Virus record (IMG/VR): IMGVR_UViG_2565956925_000004
Location: 6,955-70,954 of that record
Source: a virus
Taxonomy: Duplodnaviria > Caudoviricetes
Reading direction: 5' to 3' (one strand)
Length of the DNA: 64,000 nucleotides
The translations under genes were made by a program, and so were the position numbers. The notes beneath the pieces were generated by a model. That model was not told the origin of the DNA. It saw only the letters and a list, made by a program, of their open reading frames with translations, and did not search any database. Positions 27,098-36,600 of the stretch are shown here, one piece after another. Positions within the stretch are counted from its first letter, which is position 1. The number at the start of each line of letters is the position of its first letter.

Positions 27098-27376
27098 ATG
27101 AGAAATGATTATCGAAATGCTATTAGAGACTTAATTCACCGAAATCTTCAACAGAATAATATTCAGAATCTAATCGTTTGGGAGATTAAGGAGGATGAAT
27201 CGCAAGATCCATCACTCTTAAGCTACAAGCTTTATGGTTCAAGGAATCATATTGATGCGGTTTTAGTGGCCTGTGGTGCCAACGGCATTTGGGAAAAGCT
27301 ACCACTACAAAAGGTAGCATTTCCAAGGCTCGTTGATCTTTTAAGACTTCAAAAAGAATACTTGCAGGATAATTAA
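27098..27376 (+). CDS. Baseplate wedge gp53/tail X-like protein
   Basis: DPSLLSYKLYGS...VLVACG LysM-like pattern. Confidence 0.5.
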   Translation: MRNDYRNAIRDLIHRNLQQNNIQNLIVWEIKEDESQDPSLLSYKLYGSRNHIDAVLVACGANGIWEKLPLQKVAFPRLVDLLRLQKEYLQDN

Positions 27377-27377
27377 T

Positions 27378-28508
27378 ATGTCAGCATTCAAGCCAGATGA
27401 TTTACGCCGTGCCCAGCTGCAATTAAACCAATCTTTGCAAAATGGTGGAGTTCGTAGAGATCAACAGAGTCGCCAGCGTGCAGATAGAGAACAGCGGGCA
27501 TTTGCCGAAAAGGAAATTGAATATGATGATTGGGGACGAAAGATCCCTAAGCCTATGTTCTTGCGGCCACAAGATATTGCAGAAGGCGAAAAATATGATG
27601 TAGAGAGAGTACTTTTTACAACATTAGGTCAGCGAAATGGAGAAGTACCACGGCGTATTACCCGTGATGATATCTTGGCATTTCAGGAAAACATTCAACT
27701 ATTAAAAGATCAGTATAGTAAGGGTATTACCCCTCAAAACATCATTAATTTAAGCCGACAAGATGATATTGACCGGGCAAATGAACAAATCTATTTGGCG
27801 GTACCAGTCAGCAGAAAAGCTGGGTTAGTACACTTACTTACTAATGCCGGTCCAAATAGTAAAGTTTTAAATCATCATGTTGAGATTGAGTTTTCAAACT
27901 TTAAATCAGTTGTTTTTGATATCGATAAACAAGCTTTAACTACTGTTAAAAACCGCTTGGCTAAAGGCAAAATCAAATTTCAGTGTGATTGCGAGCGTCA
28001 TACGTTCTGGTATCGCTATATGGCAACTATAGGCGGCTACAACTTAGGACGGGATGAGGGTGGTTTCCCGAAAGTTCGTAACCCTCACTTGTCTGGTGTG
28101 GCTTGTAAGCATGTTTTGCGTGTTGTTAAGTGGATTGGTTCACCATCAGGCATTGCATATCTTAAAAAGGAAGTAGAAAAAGACCGTCAAAAACAAGTTG
28201 GTGCTCGATATAAGCAAACTGATAAGCAGATACAGAATTCGATTAACGAACAAGTAAAAGATGTGATGAGTGGTTCAGTAAAACCAATCAAAGCAAATAT
28301 TCAAAAAGCTGAAAAGGAAATGATGCGTAGAGCAGATAAAGTTGCGAAAAAGCTCTTAGAACGCGAATTGAAAACTCTCAAACGTTTTGAATCAGAAACT
28401 GTTAGAGCCAGTCAAATTGAAAGAATTCAGGCACTACATAAATCAGGCGCTATTGACCAAGAGATGCTTAATGTTTTTATGAAGGGTTTAAGTCGAAATG
28501 CTAAATAG
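27378..28508 (+). CDS. SWIM-type zinc-finger protein
   Basis: CDCERH.FW.Y.AT...CKH. Confidence 0.65.
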   Translation: MSAFKPDDLRRAQLQLNQSLQNGGVRRDQQSRQRADREQRAFAEKEIEYDDWGRKIPKPMFLRPQDIAEGEKYDVERVLFTTLGQRNGEVPRRITRDDILAFQENIQLLKDQYSKGITPQNIINLSRQDDIDRANEQIYLAVPVSRKAGLVHLLTNAGPNSKVLNHHVEIEFSNFKSVVFDIDKQALTTVKNRLAKGKIKFQCDCERHTFWYRYMATIGGYNLGRDEGGFPKVRNPHLSGVACKHVLRVVKWIGSPSGIAYLKKEVEKDRQKQVGARYKQTDKQIQNSINEQVKDVMSGSVKPIKANIQKAEKEMMRRADKVAKKLLERELKTLKRFESETVRASQIERIQALHKSGAIDQEMLNVFMKGLSRNAK

Positions 28509-29046
28509 ATCAGTAAATCAAGTTGCCAATGGACGCCGTTTAGCTGCGAGACGTGTTGTTATGAATGCATTAGCAAGTATTCCAGCACAAGTTTGGCGTA
28601 AAGAAGTGATTTTCAATAATCCAGCTGAAGATTCAAAACCATTAGATCCACTTTCTTTTGAAGCAAACACTTTATCGATTCAAGACGAACCTAACTACAA
28701 ATATGAATACAAGGGCGCTGCTTATGTTCATTTCGATAAATTTAACGGTGGTTATATTCAAAAGAACTTCTCTATGAATAACCCATCTGATTTGGTGCTA
28801 ACTGCTCAAGTAGAGCCATTTAATGATGAGTTGGAAGATGTATTGGAAAGAATAATCAAAATTCCCGACATGATTCTTAAAGAAGGGGATCTTTTAGGTT
28901 TAATGATTTATGAAAATCTAATGTTGTGGTTTGAGATTGTGAATATTACTGGTTTTAGTCTCATGGCAGATTTTGGCAGTAAGTATGTTTTAAACCGTAG
29001 AGATGATTTGTTTATTTCACCTATAGGTGATGGAGAAACTAAATGA
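28498..29046 (+). CDS. Putative head/tail completion protein
   Basis: Coupled ORF in structural operon. Confidence 0.5.
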   Translation: MLNRSVNQVANGRRLAARRVVMNALASIPAQVWRKEVIFNNPAEDSKPLDPLSFEANTLSIQDEPNYKYEYKGAAYVHFDKFNGGYIQKNFSMNNPSDLVLTAQVEPFNDELEDVLERIIKIPDMILKEGDLLGLMIYENLMLWFEIVNITGFSLMADFGSKYVLNRRDDLFISPIGDGETK

Positions 29047-29345
29047 GCTATTTAATTTTCAATGAAAAAGGTAAAAAGACAGGCGACATTGAAATAGCTG
29101 AACAATGTACTTCAGCAATTTTCAATTACCAGGTGATCGGGAACGGGGCCGAAGTAGAATTTTTCGGAAGTAATGTTCCTTATGCTGATCCGCAAAATGA
29201 TTCACACTGGGTGACTATTCTTTCTTTAACAGCTGCTTCACCAGATACTGAACCTTTTCGACAACATTGCTGGGATAAGCTCCGTTATAAAGTGAAAGCA
29301 GGAAATAGTGTGGAAATTTATGTTTCTAGTGGGGTAAGCGGATAG
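29043..29345 (+). CDS. Small beta-rich virion-associated protein
   Basis: Coupled ORF. Confidence 0.6.
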   Translation: MSYLIFNEKGKKTGDIEIAEQCTSAIFNYQVIGNGAEVEFFGSNVPYADPQNDSHWVTILSLTAASPDTEPFRQHCWDKLRYKVKAGNSVEIYVSSGVSG

Positions 29346-29346
29346 A

Positions 29347-29478
29347 AGTGCAGCTAAGTCTTATGTATACACAGAGCGTGAGCAAAACATCTTGTTAAGT
29401 CAGGCAGATGATATCGAAAAGATATTGGGGTTAGAGCAAGCGCTCAAGGGGGATGAAATAAAAGGTGAAGAAACATAG
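29347..29478 (+). pseudogene. 3' remnant of a foreign phage gene (...LEQALKGDEIKGEET*)
   Basis: 43-codon open stretch without a start, right after the 29345 stop; LEQALKG end motif. Confidence 0.5.
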
Positions 29479-29525
29479 AATTTAATTTAAATTATTGGGG
29501 AATTTATTAATTGTTTCGCTAAAAA

Positions 29526-30248
29526 ATGAATTTTATTATCGAATATTTAAAAAGAGCCTCTTTTATTGAGATACTAACAATATTGTTTTTTTTAAGTGTT
29601 GGTGTCTCTTTAACTTTTAAAATTGGGTTTTATAATGCTTTGGGGGTTGGTTGGTATATACAAAATTTAACGCCTCAAATTCTTTTTATCTCATCTTTTA
29701 AAATTATTTTAATTTTTTTAGGTGGGATCTTTGTCGGATGCATCTTTGGATTAAAATTTTCTGAAAGAACTGTATCTGTTATTTTTTTATGCTTTATAGC
29801 TTTGTATACAAGCTTTAATGGATTTATTCAGAACTTATTAAGTATTAATTTAGAGATCTCTAATTATTTTGATGTGGTTTTGTTTATATTTTATTTTTTA
29901 ACATCCATGTTTTTAGTTTCGTTAGGTTATAAAAAAAGAAAATATAATGACCCTTTGTTCGTTGGTCCATTAATTAGAATCAAACGAGAAGAAGTAATAT
30001 TTGATAATGTATTTAAAATTGTAATTATCTTATTAATATTTTGTTTGCCGTATGTTAGTGGATATGATGCTGGAAAATTAGTCAAAAATAACAAGGTAAA
30101 TAGTGTGGTAGTCATAAAGAATGACTCAAGAAAATGGCATTTAATTGATATGAGTGGAGATAAGGTATTGTTGAAAGAGATTAATCCTAAAGAAGATGTT
30201 TTTAAAGTTCTGGAATATAAAGATATAGACACCATAACAACAAGATAA
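29526..30248 (+). CDS. AT-rich multi-pass membrane protein (moron)
   Basis: About 5 TM segments plus C-terminal WHLID..GDKVLL domain; homologous pattern to 2350-3006. Confidence 0.75.
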   Translation: MNFIIEYLKRASFIEILTILFFLSVGVSLTFKIGFYNALGVGWYIQNLTPQILFISSFKIILIFLGGIFVGCIFGLKFSERTVSVIFLCFIALYTSFNGFIQNLLSINLEISNYFDVVLFIFYFLTSMFLVSLGYKKRKYNDPLFVGPLIRIKREEVIFDNVFKIVIILLIFCLPYVSGYDAGKLVKNNKVNSVVVIKNDSRKWHLIDMSGDKVLLKEINPKEDVFKVLEYKDIDTITTR

Positions 30249-30314
30249 TCACACAGCAAACCTAAAGACCGCTAAGCCAAAACTAGCCCTATTCACAACG
30301 AATAGGGCTTTTTT

Positions 30315-30671
30315 ATGCCTGGTAATCGACAAATTAAAACACCTGGTGCAGCACCAGAGCCAACAACAGTTGATGAAACTAAAGCAACTGAACAGCAAGC
30401 GGATGCCTCACAACCAGACGCTAATCAATCGACAGAAGATCAGGCACAGACTGGTGATGCTGGGTCTGAGACAGAATCAACGGTTGATCAAACGGCACTG
30501 GTTGAACAACTTCGTCAGCAGTTAGCAGCAGCCGAAGCAAACAATCAAGCGCTGAAAGGCCAATTGCGCCGTGAAGGGGCTAAAACACCTGACGCAGCTA
30601 ATGTGCCAACAGAAACGGTACAAGCTGGCACACCTTACTTAAGCCCTAAAGGCTGGACACGGAATGAATAA
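30315..30671 (+). CDS. Low-complexity phage protein from the inserted block
   Basis: Higher-GC codons than flanks; hairpin AGCCCTATTC/GAATAGGGCT upstream. Confidence 0.65.
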   Translation: MPGNRQIKTPGAAPEPTTVDETKATEQQADASQPDANQSTEDQAQTGDAGSETESTVDQTALVEQLRQQLAAAEANNQALKGQLRREGAKTPDAANVPTETVQAGTPYLSPKGWTRNE

Positions 30672-30673
30672 CT

Positions 30674-30856
30674 ATGTGCGGTAGCAAACCCTTTCGACAA
30701 GATCCAGAAGCAGATGCGGCAGCAGCAGCTCAAAAAGCTGTTACTGAAACCAATGCTAAAAAAGCACAGCGTCGCACTCTAAACCAGACCAGCGCTTTAG
30801 GTTCAGCACTTGAGCCTGATACCGCTGCAACTAAAACAAAGTTAGGCGGTGGCTAA
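30674..30856 (+). CDS. Small MCG-start virion protein typical upstream of podovirus head-tail connectors
   Basis: MCG... start and ...KTKLGG end; coupled to the connector fragment. Confidence 0.6.
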   Translation: MCGSKPFRQDPEADAAAAAQKAVTETNAKKAQRRTLNQTSALGSALEPDTAATKTKLGGG

Positions 30857-31032
30857 TGGATAAAGGCGCTCAAAAGTTTTGTCGTCGCTTAGGTCAATTA
30901 CGACTTGAGCGCTCTATTCATGAATCACATTGGTCTGATTGCTACAAGTTGGGCGCGCCTGAACGTCAGCAAAACCTTAGTTCTACAACAGATAACAAAG
31001 GACAGCGTGAGAATGAGCGCGCAGACCTTTAG
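30856..31032 (+). pseudogene. Truncated head-tail connector (podovirus-type portal) N-terminus, 58 aa
   Basis: MDKGAQKFCRRLGQLRLERSIHESHWSDCYKLGAPERQQ...ERADL*; L..ER..E.HW.DC....PER pattern. Confidence 0.6.
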
Positions 31033-31108
31033 CTATATAAATAAAGGGCTGCGATGGTCCTTTAGCTACATTTTCTTTGTCCTCATTCTTGGGGACTTTT
31101 TTATATTT

Positions 31109-31186
31109 GGAACCGACCAGAATAAGTAAAAATGGCTCATGTCAGACTTTCTTCAACTTACATCGCAAGCCAAAGGCTGGTTTAAA
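31109..31186 (+). promoter_or_regulatory. GGAAC-N30 element, copy 8
   Basis: GGAAC 31109-31113, (C)AGACT 31144-31148, ATG 31187. Confidence 0.7.
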
Positions 31187-32965
31187 ATGACTGTGTTATC
31201 AGACGAAATTCGTAAAAAGTATGAGGCTCAACAAACTGCTACAGCTCAGTGCCAAAATTACTATTTCAAAAGTAATGATGAGTTTGAAAATGGATTTGAT
31301 AGTGCCCAAACCGCAGTTGAAGAATACCCAGAAGTATTAAAAGCTATTTTTGATTCTATCGGAACAGAATATGCCCCTGAAATTGATAAAGCGGTAATGT
31401 TTGGTGTTGCACAATATCAAACTCGTCACGGCGGTGATCTACCACATCCATCTGTTATTGCAGCTGCATTAACTGCTGGTTTGAGTGGTGCTAAACAGGC
31501 ATCAGCTTTACCTACAGAAACACTTAGCTACTACGATGGTTTAAATGAGTCAGGTTTTGATGATGTAAATCACCAACACCATGAATCAGTAAGTATCGTA
31601 CCAGCGATAACTGTAGCAACCATTGCAAACGTTATTGCCTATGCAATGCCTATCGTTGCGATGATTCCAAACTCGAATGGTTCTAATGAAGTTCCTCTTG
31701 TATCAATTCGCTTTGTTACCAATCGCGATTTTGGTGCAATGAAAAAATCAGAATATTTAGATGGTGCAAATGCATCAAAACCATATGTAGAAGGGCGCTT
31801 TCGCTTCGCATTGTCAAATGGTGGTGCTGGTACAACGTATTCAGTAACCGCACGCACATCTTATGCTGATTACAAAGCTAAAACCCCTGATGAAAATGCA
31901 AAATTATTACCATTTCTTGCTGGTAATGTTTCAATCAAAATTAATGGTAAAGAAGTTGCACATACCCGTAATCGAACAAAATCTAAATTAACAGGCAAGA
32001 TATCTGCTATTGCAGAAAAAGATGTTGTAGTAAACGGCGTTGAATATCGTGTAATTGGTAGCGAAATTGACATTTCAGCTAGCAAAATTAGCGTGACCTT
32101 AAATGAAGCATTACCAGTTGGTGCGAAAGTTGAAGTTCATCTTGTGGCTGATTTTGATGCGCGAGATGGCAACAGTAATTATTTATTGACGCCAGTAGGT
32201 GTTGATTTTGAACCTGAATATGAAAATTTAGTGTCATCACCAATCATGGCTCAGGTTACTTTATCTACTTTGCTTCAATCCCAAGTTAATAACGAACTTA
32301 AGCTTGGTTTCCTAGGTCAGGCTTTAGCAATTGTTCAAGGAAAAATCTTCTTGGAACAAAATGTCCGTTTATTAGGTGAAGCAAAAGATTTAGCGGAATA
32401 CTCGGGACGTGAAGTTACTTTTGATGCATCTCGTGGTGTCACAGGTAAATTAGCTGCTGCATTTAATACGACAGCTGATTTGTTCGGCGAAGTAATGAAA
32501 TTTATTTCTGCTGCCAAAATGGATATTAATCAACGTACTGGTGGTTCAACAGTTGCTTATGATCTTTATGTAGGTGATAGCGCTGCAGTCTTCTTTAATC
32601 AATTGTCGAGCGATAAAATGCCGACAAAAACTGGTTATACAGCTGGATATGGACAAATTGTTCGTATCGGCACTCTTGCTGATGGGACGAATGTTTATCA
32701 TGCACCTTCTGCACAAGAGCTTGTAGCAGAAGCAGATACTGCTTTTGATATGCTTTTAATGGGTCGTGGAAATGAGCCAATTCGCTCACCGTTCGTAGGC
32801 TTTATTCAAACTCCACTATCAGTAATTGAAACACGCCCAGATGCGCGTGAATCAGTAATGACATTAATTGGCTCTCAAGCTGCAGAAACGAACCCATTCG
32901 AACGTTATGCTGATCAGGGTTATGTCATCCACTGTATCAATATGCCATCTCTTAAAAAATCGTAA
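31187..32965 (+). CDS. Major capsid protein (P1 gp23-like)
   Basis: Large ORF with probable propeptide, followed by a strong terminator; IVRIGTL, LL.GRG.EP.R.PFVGFI pattern. Confidence 0.7.
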   Translation: MTVLSDEIRKKYEAQQTATAQCQNYYFKSNDEFENGFDSAQTAVEEYPEVLKAIFDSIGTEYAPEIDKAVMFGVAQYQTRHGGDLPHPSVIAAALTAGLSGAKQASALPTETLSYYDGLNESGFDDVNHQHHESVSIVPAITVATIANVIAYAMPIVAMIPNSNGSNEVPLVSIRFVTNRDFGAMKKSEYLDGANASKPYVEGRFRFALSNGGAGTTYSVTARTSYADYKAKTPDENAKLLPFLAGNVSIKINGKEVAHTRNRTKSKLTGKISAIAEKDVVVNGVEYRVIGSEIDISASKISVTLNEALPVGAKVEVHLVADFDARDGNSNYLLTPVGVDFEPEYENLVSSPIMAQVTLSTLLQSQVNNELKLGFLGQALAIVQGKIFLEQNVRLLGEAKDLAEYSGREVTFDASRGVTGKLAAAFNTTADLFGEVMKFISAAKMDINQRTGGSTVAYDLYVGDSAAVFFNQLSSDKMPTKTGYTAGYGQIVRIGTLADGTNVYHAPSAQELVAEADTAFDMLLMGRGNEPIRSPFVGFIQTPLSVIETRPDARESVMTLIGSQAAETNPFERYADQGYVIHCINMPSLKKS

Positions 32966-32977
32966 GTAATACAGAGT

Positions 32978-33001
32978 AAGGCGCATTTCGATGCGCCTTT
33001 T
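32978..33001 (+). terminator. Intrinsic terminator
   Basis: AAGGCGCAT-ttcg-ATGCGCCTTTT. Confidence 0.8.
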
Positions 33002-33027
33002 CCCTTATTTATTGAAAGGATAATCTC

Positions 33028-33651
33028 ATGGCTGCAGCAACTCAAAACACTGACGAAACTTTAGTTTCAACTGACGAACAAGCGACTACAAAACCAAAAA
33101 ACACACGTAATAAAACCAATAAAACTACAGAAACACAGAATACCCAATCTGATGAGAACAATACTTCAGATCAAGATGATTTGTTAAATAGTAAAAGTCC
33201 TGAAAACGGCACATCTCAAGATGAAGGTGATAAACCTACTGATTTGAAAAATGCTGATTCAAATAATGAAGTATCCAATACTAAAGATAATGGAAACTCA
33301 ACTAAATCATCAAATGAGTCTGTCTCACCTTTAAAAGATCTTGATTCTAAAAATTTCTGGAATGTTGATGAGTTAGGGTATGTAGCAAATAAAACTAAAG
33401 AAACTGATATTCCCAAAGCCCAACATCAAATTGTAGAAAATCTAGCTGGTTCAAGCATTAGTATTGTAGATCCGCTAGTTATTAAAGTAACTAATAACGG
33501 ATTTTCAACAGTTTTAGAACCGTTATCACGTGTTGCTATTGAAGCAGGTCAGACAGCAAGTATTACGTGTCATAACCAAACATTTAAACATCAAGTACTG
33601 GAAAACTTACGCCAGTTGAAGGGTCTTGGTAAAAATCTAATTGTTGAGTAA
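33028..33651 (+). CDS. Low-complexity protein with C-terminal domain paralogous to 33656-33943
   Basis: NN...EP.S.V..AGQ...L.Q..GL shared pattern. Confidence 0.65.
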   Translation: MAAATQNTDETLVSTDEQATTKPKNTRNKTNKTTETQNTQSDENNTSDQDDLLNSKSPENGTSQDEGDKPTDLKNADSNNEVSNTKDNGNSTKSSNESVSPLKDLDSKNFWNVDELGYVANKTKETDIPKAQHQIVENLAGSSISIVDPLVIKVTNNGFSTVLEPLSRVAIEAGQTASITCHNQTFKHQVLENLRQLKGLGKNLIVE

Positions 33652-33655
33652 TAAA

Positions 33656-33943
33656 ATGACCAGTTTAATTATTGATGGTACTAATACTATTATGGATGCT
33701 GTAGGTGACCAGCCAACTGAACGTGTTATTACACTGCAGAACAATAGTGTAAATGACATTACAGAACCCTTTTCCCAAGTTAGAGTTCAAGCTGGTCAAA
33801 AGGTGACATTTACATTGATCGGCGATGAAGCTTATAAGCAATTGCAAGATAACTTAGACCAAATCAACGGATTGAAAGGGAATGTAATTCAGATTGTACC
33901 GTCTGAGCCGCAAGAACCCTCTGAACCAGATGGAACGGTATAA
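33656..33943 (+). CDS. Small virion-associated protein
   Basis: Paralogous to the preceding C-terminal domain. Confidence 0.65.
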   Translation: MTSLIIDGTNTIMDAVGDQPTERVITLQNNSVNDITEPFSQVRVQAGQKVTFTLIGDEAYKQLQDNLDQINGLKGNVIQIVPSEPQEPSEPDGTV

Positions 33944-33989
33944 GAATTTGATTATTTTGAAAACCACTTCCGAGTGGTTTTTTTACATT

Positions 33990-34062
33990 GGAACTAGCCA
34001 GAAAATTTAATAAGCCCACAGCTCAAAATACTTAAAACAAATAGCCTTGGGCGTGTAATGTA
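33990..34062 (+). promoter_or_regulatory. GGAAC-N30 element, copy 9
   Basis: Terminator 33961-33984, then GGAAC 33990-33994, AAAAT 34025-34029. Confidence 0.75.
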
Positions 34063-35358
34063 ATGAATATACTTGCTCTATCAAGTACAGGTGAGCTATC
34101 CCTTGTTGCAGGGGCTGGCCCATCACTCAAACTGGAATTTGATACTCACAGTTATCTTGCAAATGCAGAAATCAATGTGGCCTTTTTTGCGAAAGTAACA
34201 AGCCCACGCGGACCTGCAGATATTTCTATGCGTTTGGAAATACGTGATGCGGTAACAGGTGATCAAATTGTTACTGTACAAGGATTAGTAGATGGTGACA
34301 TTGAAAATTCTGCTTCAATTGTTGCAGTAGCTGATGCTAAAGAATACTTCGAGAAATTTGATTTATCACTGGGCATTGATGCGCTACAAGCAATTCTCAA
34401 ATCAACTGCATATAACGAATCTAATAGTTTAGGTCGAGCTTCAAAAACATTGGCCTTAGAAGATGAAGCATTACCTTCATTTAATCCAGATGAACTATAT
34501 AAAATTCTGACAAGTCAGTTAACTACACCAGCATATCTGACTTTGCCTAATCCACATGATTTACCAATTTATGTTGCGGCACAACGTGCAGCTACAAAAT
34601 TACGTATTCCTTTAGATGCCGAAATCAACCCAACCTTTACTGCTGAACAAGCAGCCCAATTTGCTACAAGCGTAGATGCTCAATCACAGTTTGTTCAATT
34701 CATTTGGAGTCCGAACCTTTGCCGCCCTTCAGATGCTGTCACCCTTAGAGGGCGTAAGGTACCAGCATACTATTTGGGCCATTATATCGGCGATAAATTA
34801 TTACGTAATGCGAAATTGAATAAACAAGGTTTTGCGCCGTTAAAAAATGCTGTGGCGTGGAAAGATTATCCATTTACAGCAAAAAACTTAAGCCAGATGC
34901 CAGGTAATGATCTTGAAGATGAGCAAGTTCAGGAAATGTTGGCTAAGGCTAAAGTAAATGTTGTTCGCCCAGTTAAGTTCGAAACTACATTATTTGTTTT
35001 AAGTGATGTGTTAACCCAATACCAAAGTAAAAATAGTGCTTTGCGCTTAGTTCCTGCAGCCGAAATCGCGGCACGGGTTACAAATAAATGTATCGAAATT
35101 CTTAGAACTTATATGTTCCAAGCAACTCCTGACTACATCAAAAAAGCTGGTGACGATATCCAAGAATTTTTAGAAGGAGCTTCTAGCGAAACAACTGGTT
35201 GGTTACAACCTGCTGATGAGCTGGGGGGAAAACCTTTTGAGTTCAGTTTAGTACCTGACAATGACTTTCCTTATGAGCGAGTACGCCTCTATTTAGCCCA
35301 TGGTGTTGTTGGTACAACACGTGCCGCAATTTTTGATGAAGACGTTTTAGTTAAATAA
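34063..35358 (+). CDS. Contractile tail sheath protein (apparently lacking the usual N-terminal segment)
   Basis: LAKAKVNVV, LSDVLT...SALR, GWL.P....GKPF...V C-terminal sheath pattern. Confidence 0.65.
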   Translation: MNILALSSTGELSLVAGAGPSLKLEFDTHSYLANAEINVAFFAKVTSPRGPADISMRLEIRDAVTGDQIVTVQGLVDGDIENSASIVAVADAKEYFEKFDLSLGIDALQAILKSTAYNESNSLGRASKTLALEDEALPSFNPDELYKILTSQLTTPAYLTLPNPHDLPIYVAAQRAATKLRIPLDAEINPTFTAEQAAQFATSVDAQSQFVQFIWSPNLCRPSDAVTLRGRKVPAYYLGHYIGDKLLRNAKLNKQGFAPLKNAVAWKDYPFTAKNLSQMPGNDLEDEQVQEMLAKAKVNVVRPVKFETTLFVLSDVLTQYQSKNSALRLVPAAEIAARVTNKCIEILRTYMFQATPDYIKKAGDDIQEFLEGASSETTGWLQPADELGGKPFEFSLVPDNDFPYERVRLYLAHGVVGTTRAAIFDEDVLVK

Positions 35359-35376
35359 TTTTAAGGATCTTTCAAG

Positions 35377-36144
35377 ATGAATCCATTTGGCCCAACCACT
35401 AAAAAACCATTAACGTTACGTGCTTTTGATTCAGCAGCGGAGAATATTTCTACCGTTGTAAGTAAGGTTTCAAGTACTGATCGAGAACAGCAATCTGTGA
35501 TTGAACAAGTACGGCAAATTGCTCTAAATATTCTATCCGATACGGTAGATACAATCAGCGAAGGTAATCTTGAAGAAGGAGAGCTGGGCATTGATTATTT
35601 AGATGCTTTAATTTTCGATGCTTTAGATGGTGCAGATGATGATGAAGGCACCTATGAAAACGCTCTCATGGCGTCACTTTCAGATGCTTTCTTAACATTT
35701 GGTGTTGATGCTACAGATATTGAAGAAATCTTTAGCGAAGATACAGAAGTTGCTGACGCTGCATTAGAAGCAGCAGCAAATACTGTTCTCGCTAATACGC
35801 CTGATGAAGGTCCAGAACTCGAAGAACTGGTACGAGAATTTATTTTCGGTGAGGCAGATGAAACAGAAGAAGGTTTCGACTCAATGGCTAAAAAAATTAA
35901 AGCTCGAAATGGAGCGTTTAGCCAGCGTAAAGTGAATGGTCGAAAAGTTCATTACCGTGGAGTTCTTGCGATTCGACAAGGGGTTAAAACAGTTGTGAAT
36001 AAACGATTACCAGGTCAAAAGGTGCGTTTAACATCAGCTCAAAAAGCTGGTATGAAAAAAGCTCGTCTTCATGCTTTCACGGCGAATGCAATTCGCAAGC
36101 GTTTGCGTTCATTCAATAAAGGTAAACGTTTAGGTATTTACTAA
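35377..36144 (+). CDS. Prohead core-like protein (acidic N-terminus, basic C-terminus; P1 gp21-like)
   Basis: RLTSAQKAGMKKAR..A....A.RKR.RS..K.KRLG basic tail. Confidence 0.55.
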   Translation: MNPFGPTTKKPLTLRAFDSAAENISTVVSKVSSTDREQQSVIEQVRQIALNILSDTVDTISEGNLEEGELGIDYLDALIFDALDGADDDEGTYENALMASLSDAFLTFGVDATDIEEIFSEDTEVADAALEAAANTVLANTPDEGPELEELVREFIFGEADETEEGFDSMAKKIKARNGAFSQRKVNGRKVHYRGVLAIRQGVKTVVNKRLPGQKVRLTSAQKAGMKKARLHAFTANAIRKRLRSFNKGKRLGIY

Positions 36145-36206
36145 TTGCTATTAGGTAAAGTCATTTTATGGCTTTACCTATCATCCATTCAATTAAGGAA
36201 ATAAGC

Positions 36207-36485
36207 ATGAATACAACTCAAATCTTAGGTGAAGCGCCAGGTATTCAATATCAGAAAAAAACTGATAAAACCGAAACAAAAACCAATCAATCATTAACTG
36301 ACACGATTATCATTGGCCGCTTTATGCGTGGGCGTTTTGATGCACCTATGACGATCCATAAAGGAAATATTCGCGGTGAACTCGGTTATGAACCAAATAA
36401 CCCTGATTATCGTTGTGTCCAAGATACCCTTGAACGTGGTGTACCTTCAGTACAAGTTCTGCGGGTACCGCAGAATATTGGATAA
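36207..36485 (+). CDS. Stand-alone tail-sheath N-terminal-like domain
   Basis: LGEAPGIQY..D...IIGRF.RG..D.P..I...N....LG...Y..V...L..G...VQVLRV. Confidence 0.55.
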   Translation: MNTTQILGEAPGIQYQKKTDKTETKTNQSLTDTIIIGRFMRGRFDAPMTIHKGNIRGELGYEPNNPDYRCVQDTLERGVPSVQVLRVPQNIG

Positions 36486-36527
36486 AAAGAAATAAACAAA
36501 GCTACCCATTAAGGTGGCTTTTTTAAT

Positions 36528-36598
36528 GGAACCAAACAACTTTGAAAGGGTTTTAACCTTTTACTCTTGATGCATATAAAAGCTATAGAGCATCAAGA
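36528..36598 (+). promoter_or_regulatory. GGAAC-N30 element, copy 10
   Basis: GGAAC 36528-36532, (T)ACTCT 36563-36567, hairpin TCTTGATGC/GCATCAAGA, ATG 36601. Confidence 0.8.
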
Positions 36599-36600
36599 TC

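Noticed and set aside
30905-31129. 74-aa ORF from the track
   Set aside because: TTG start, crosses the insertion junction and the capsid promoter; the frame starting at 30856 explains the region better
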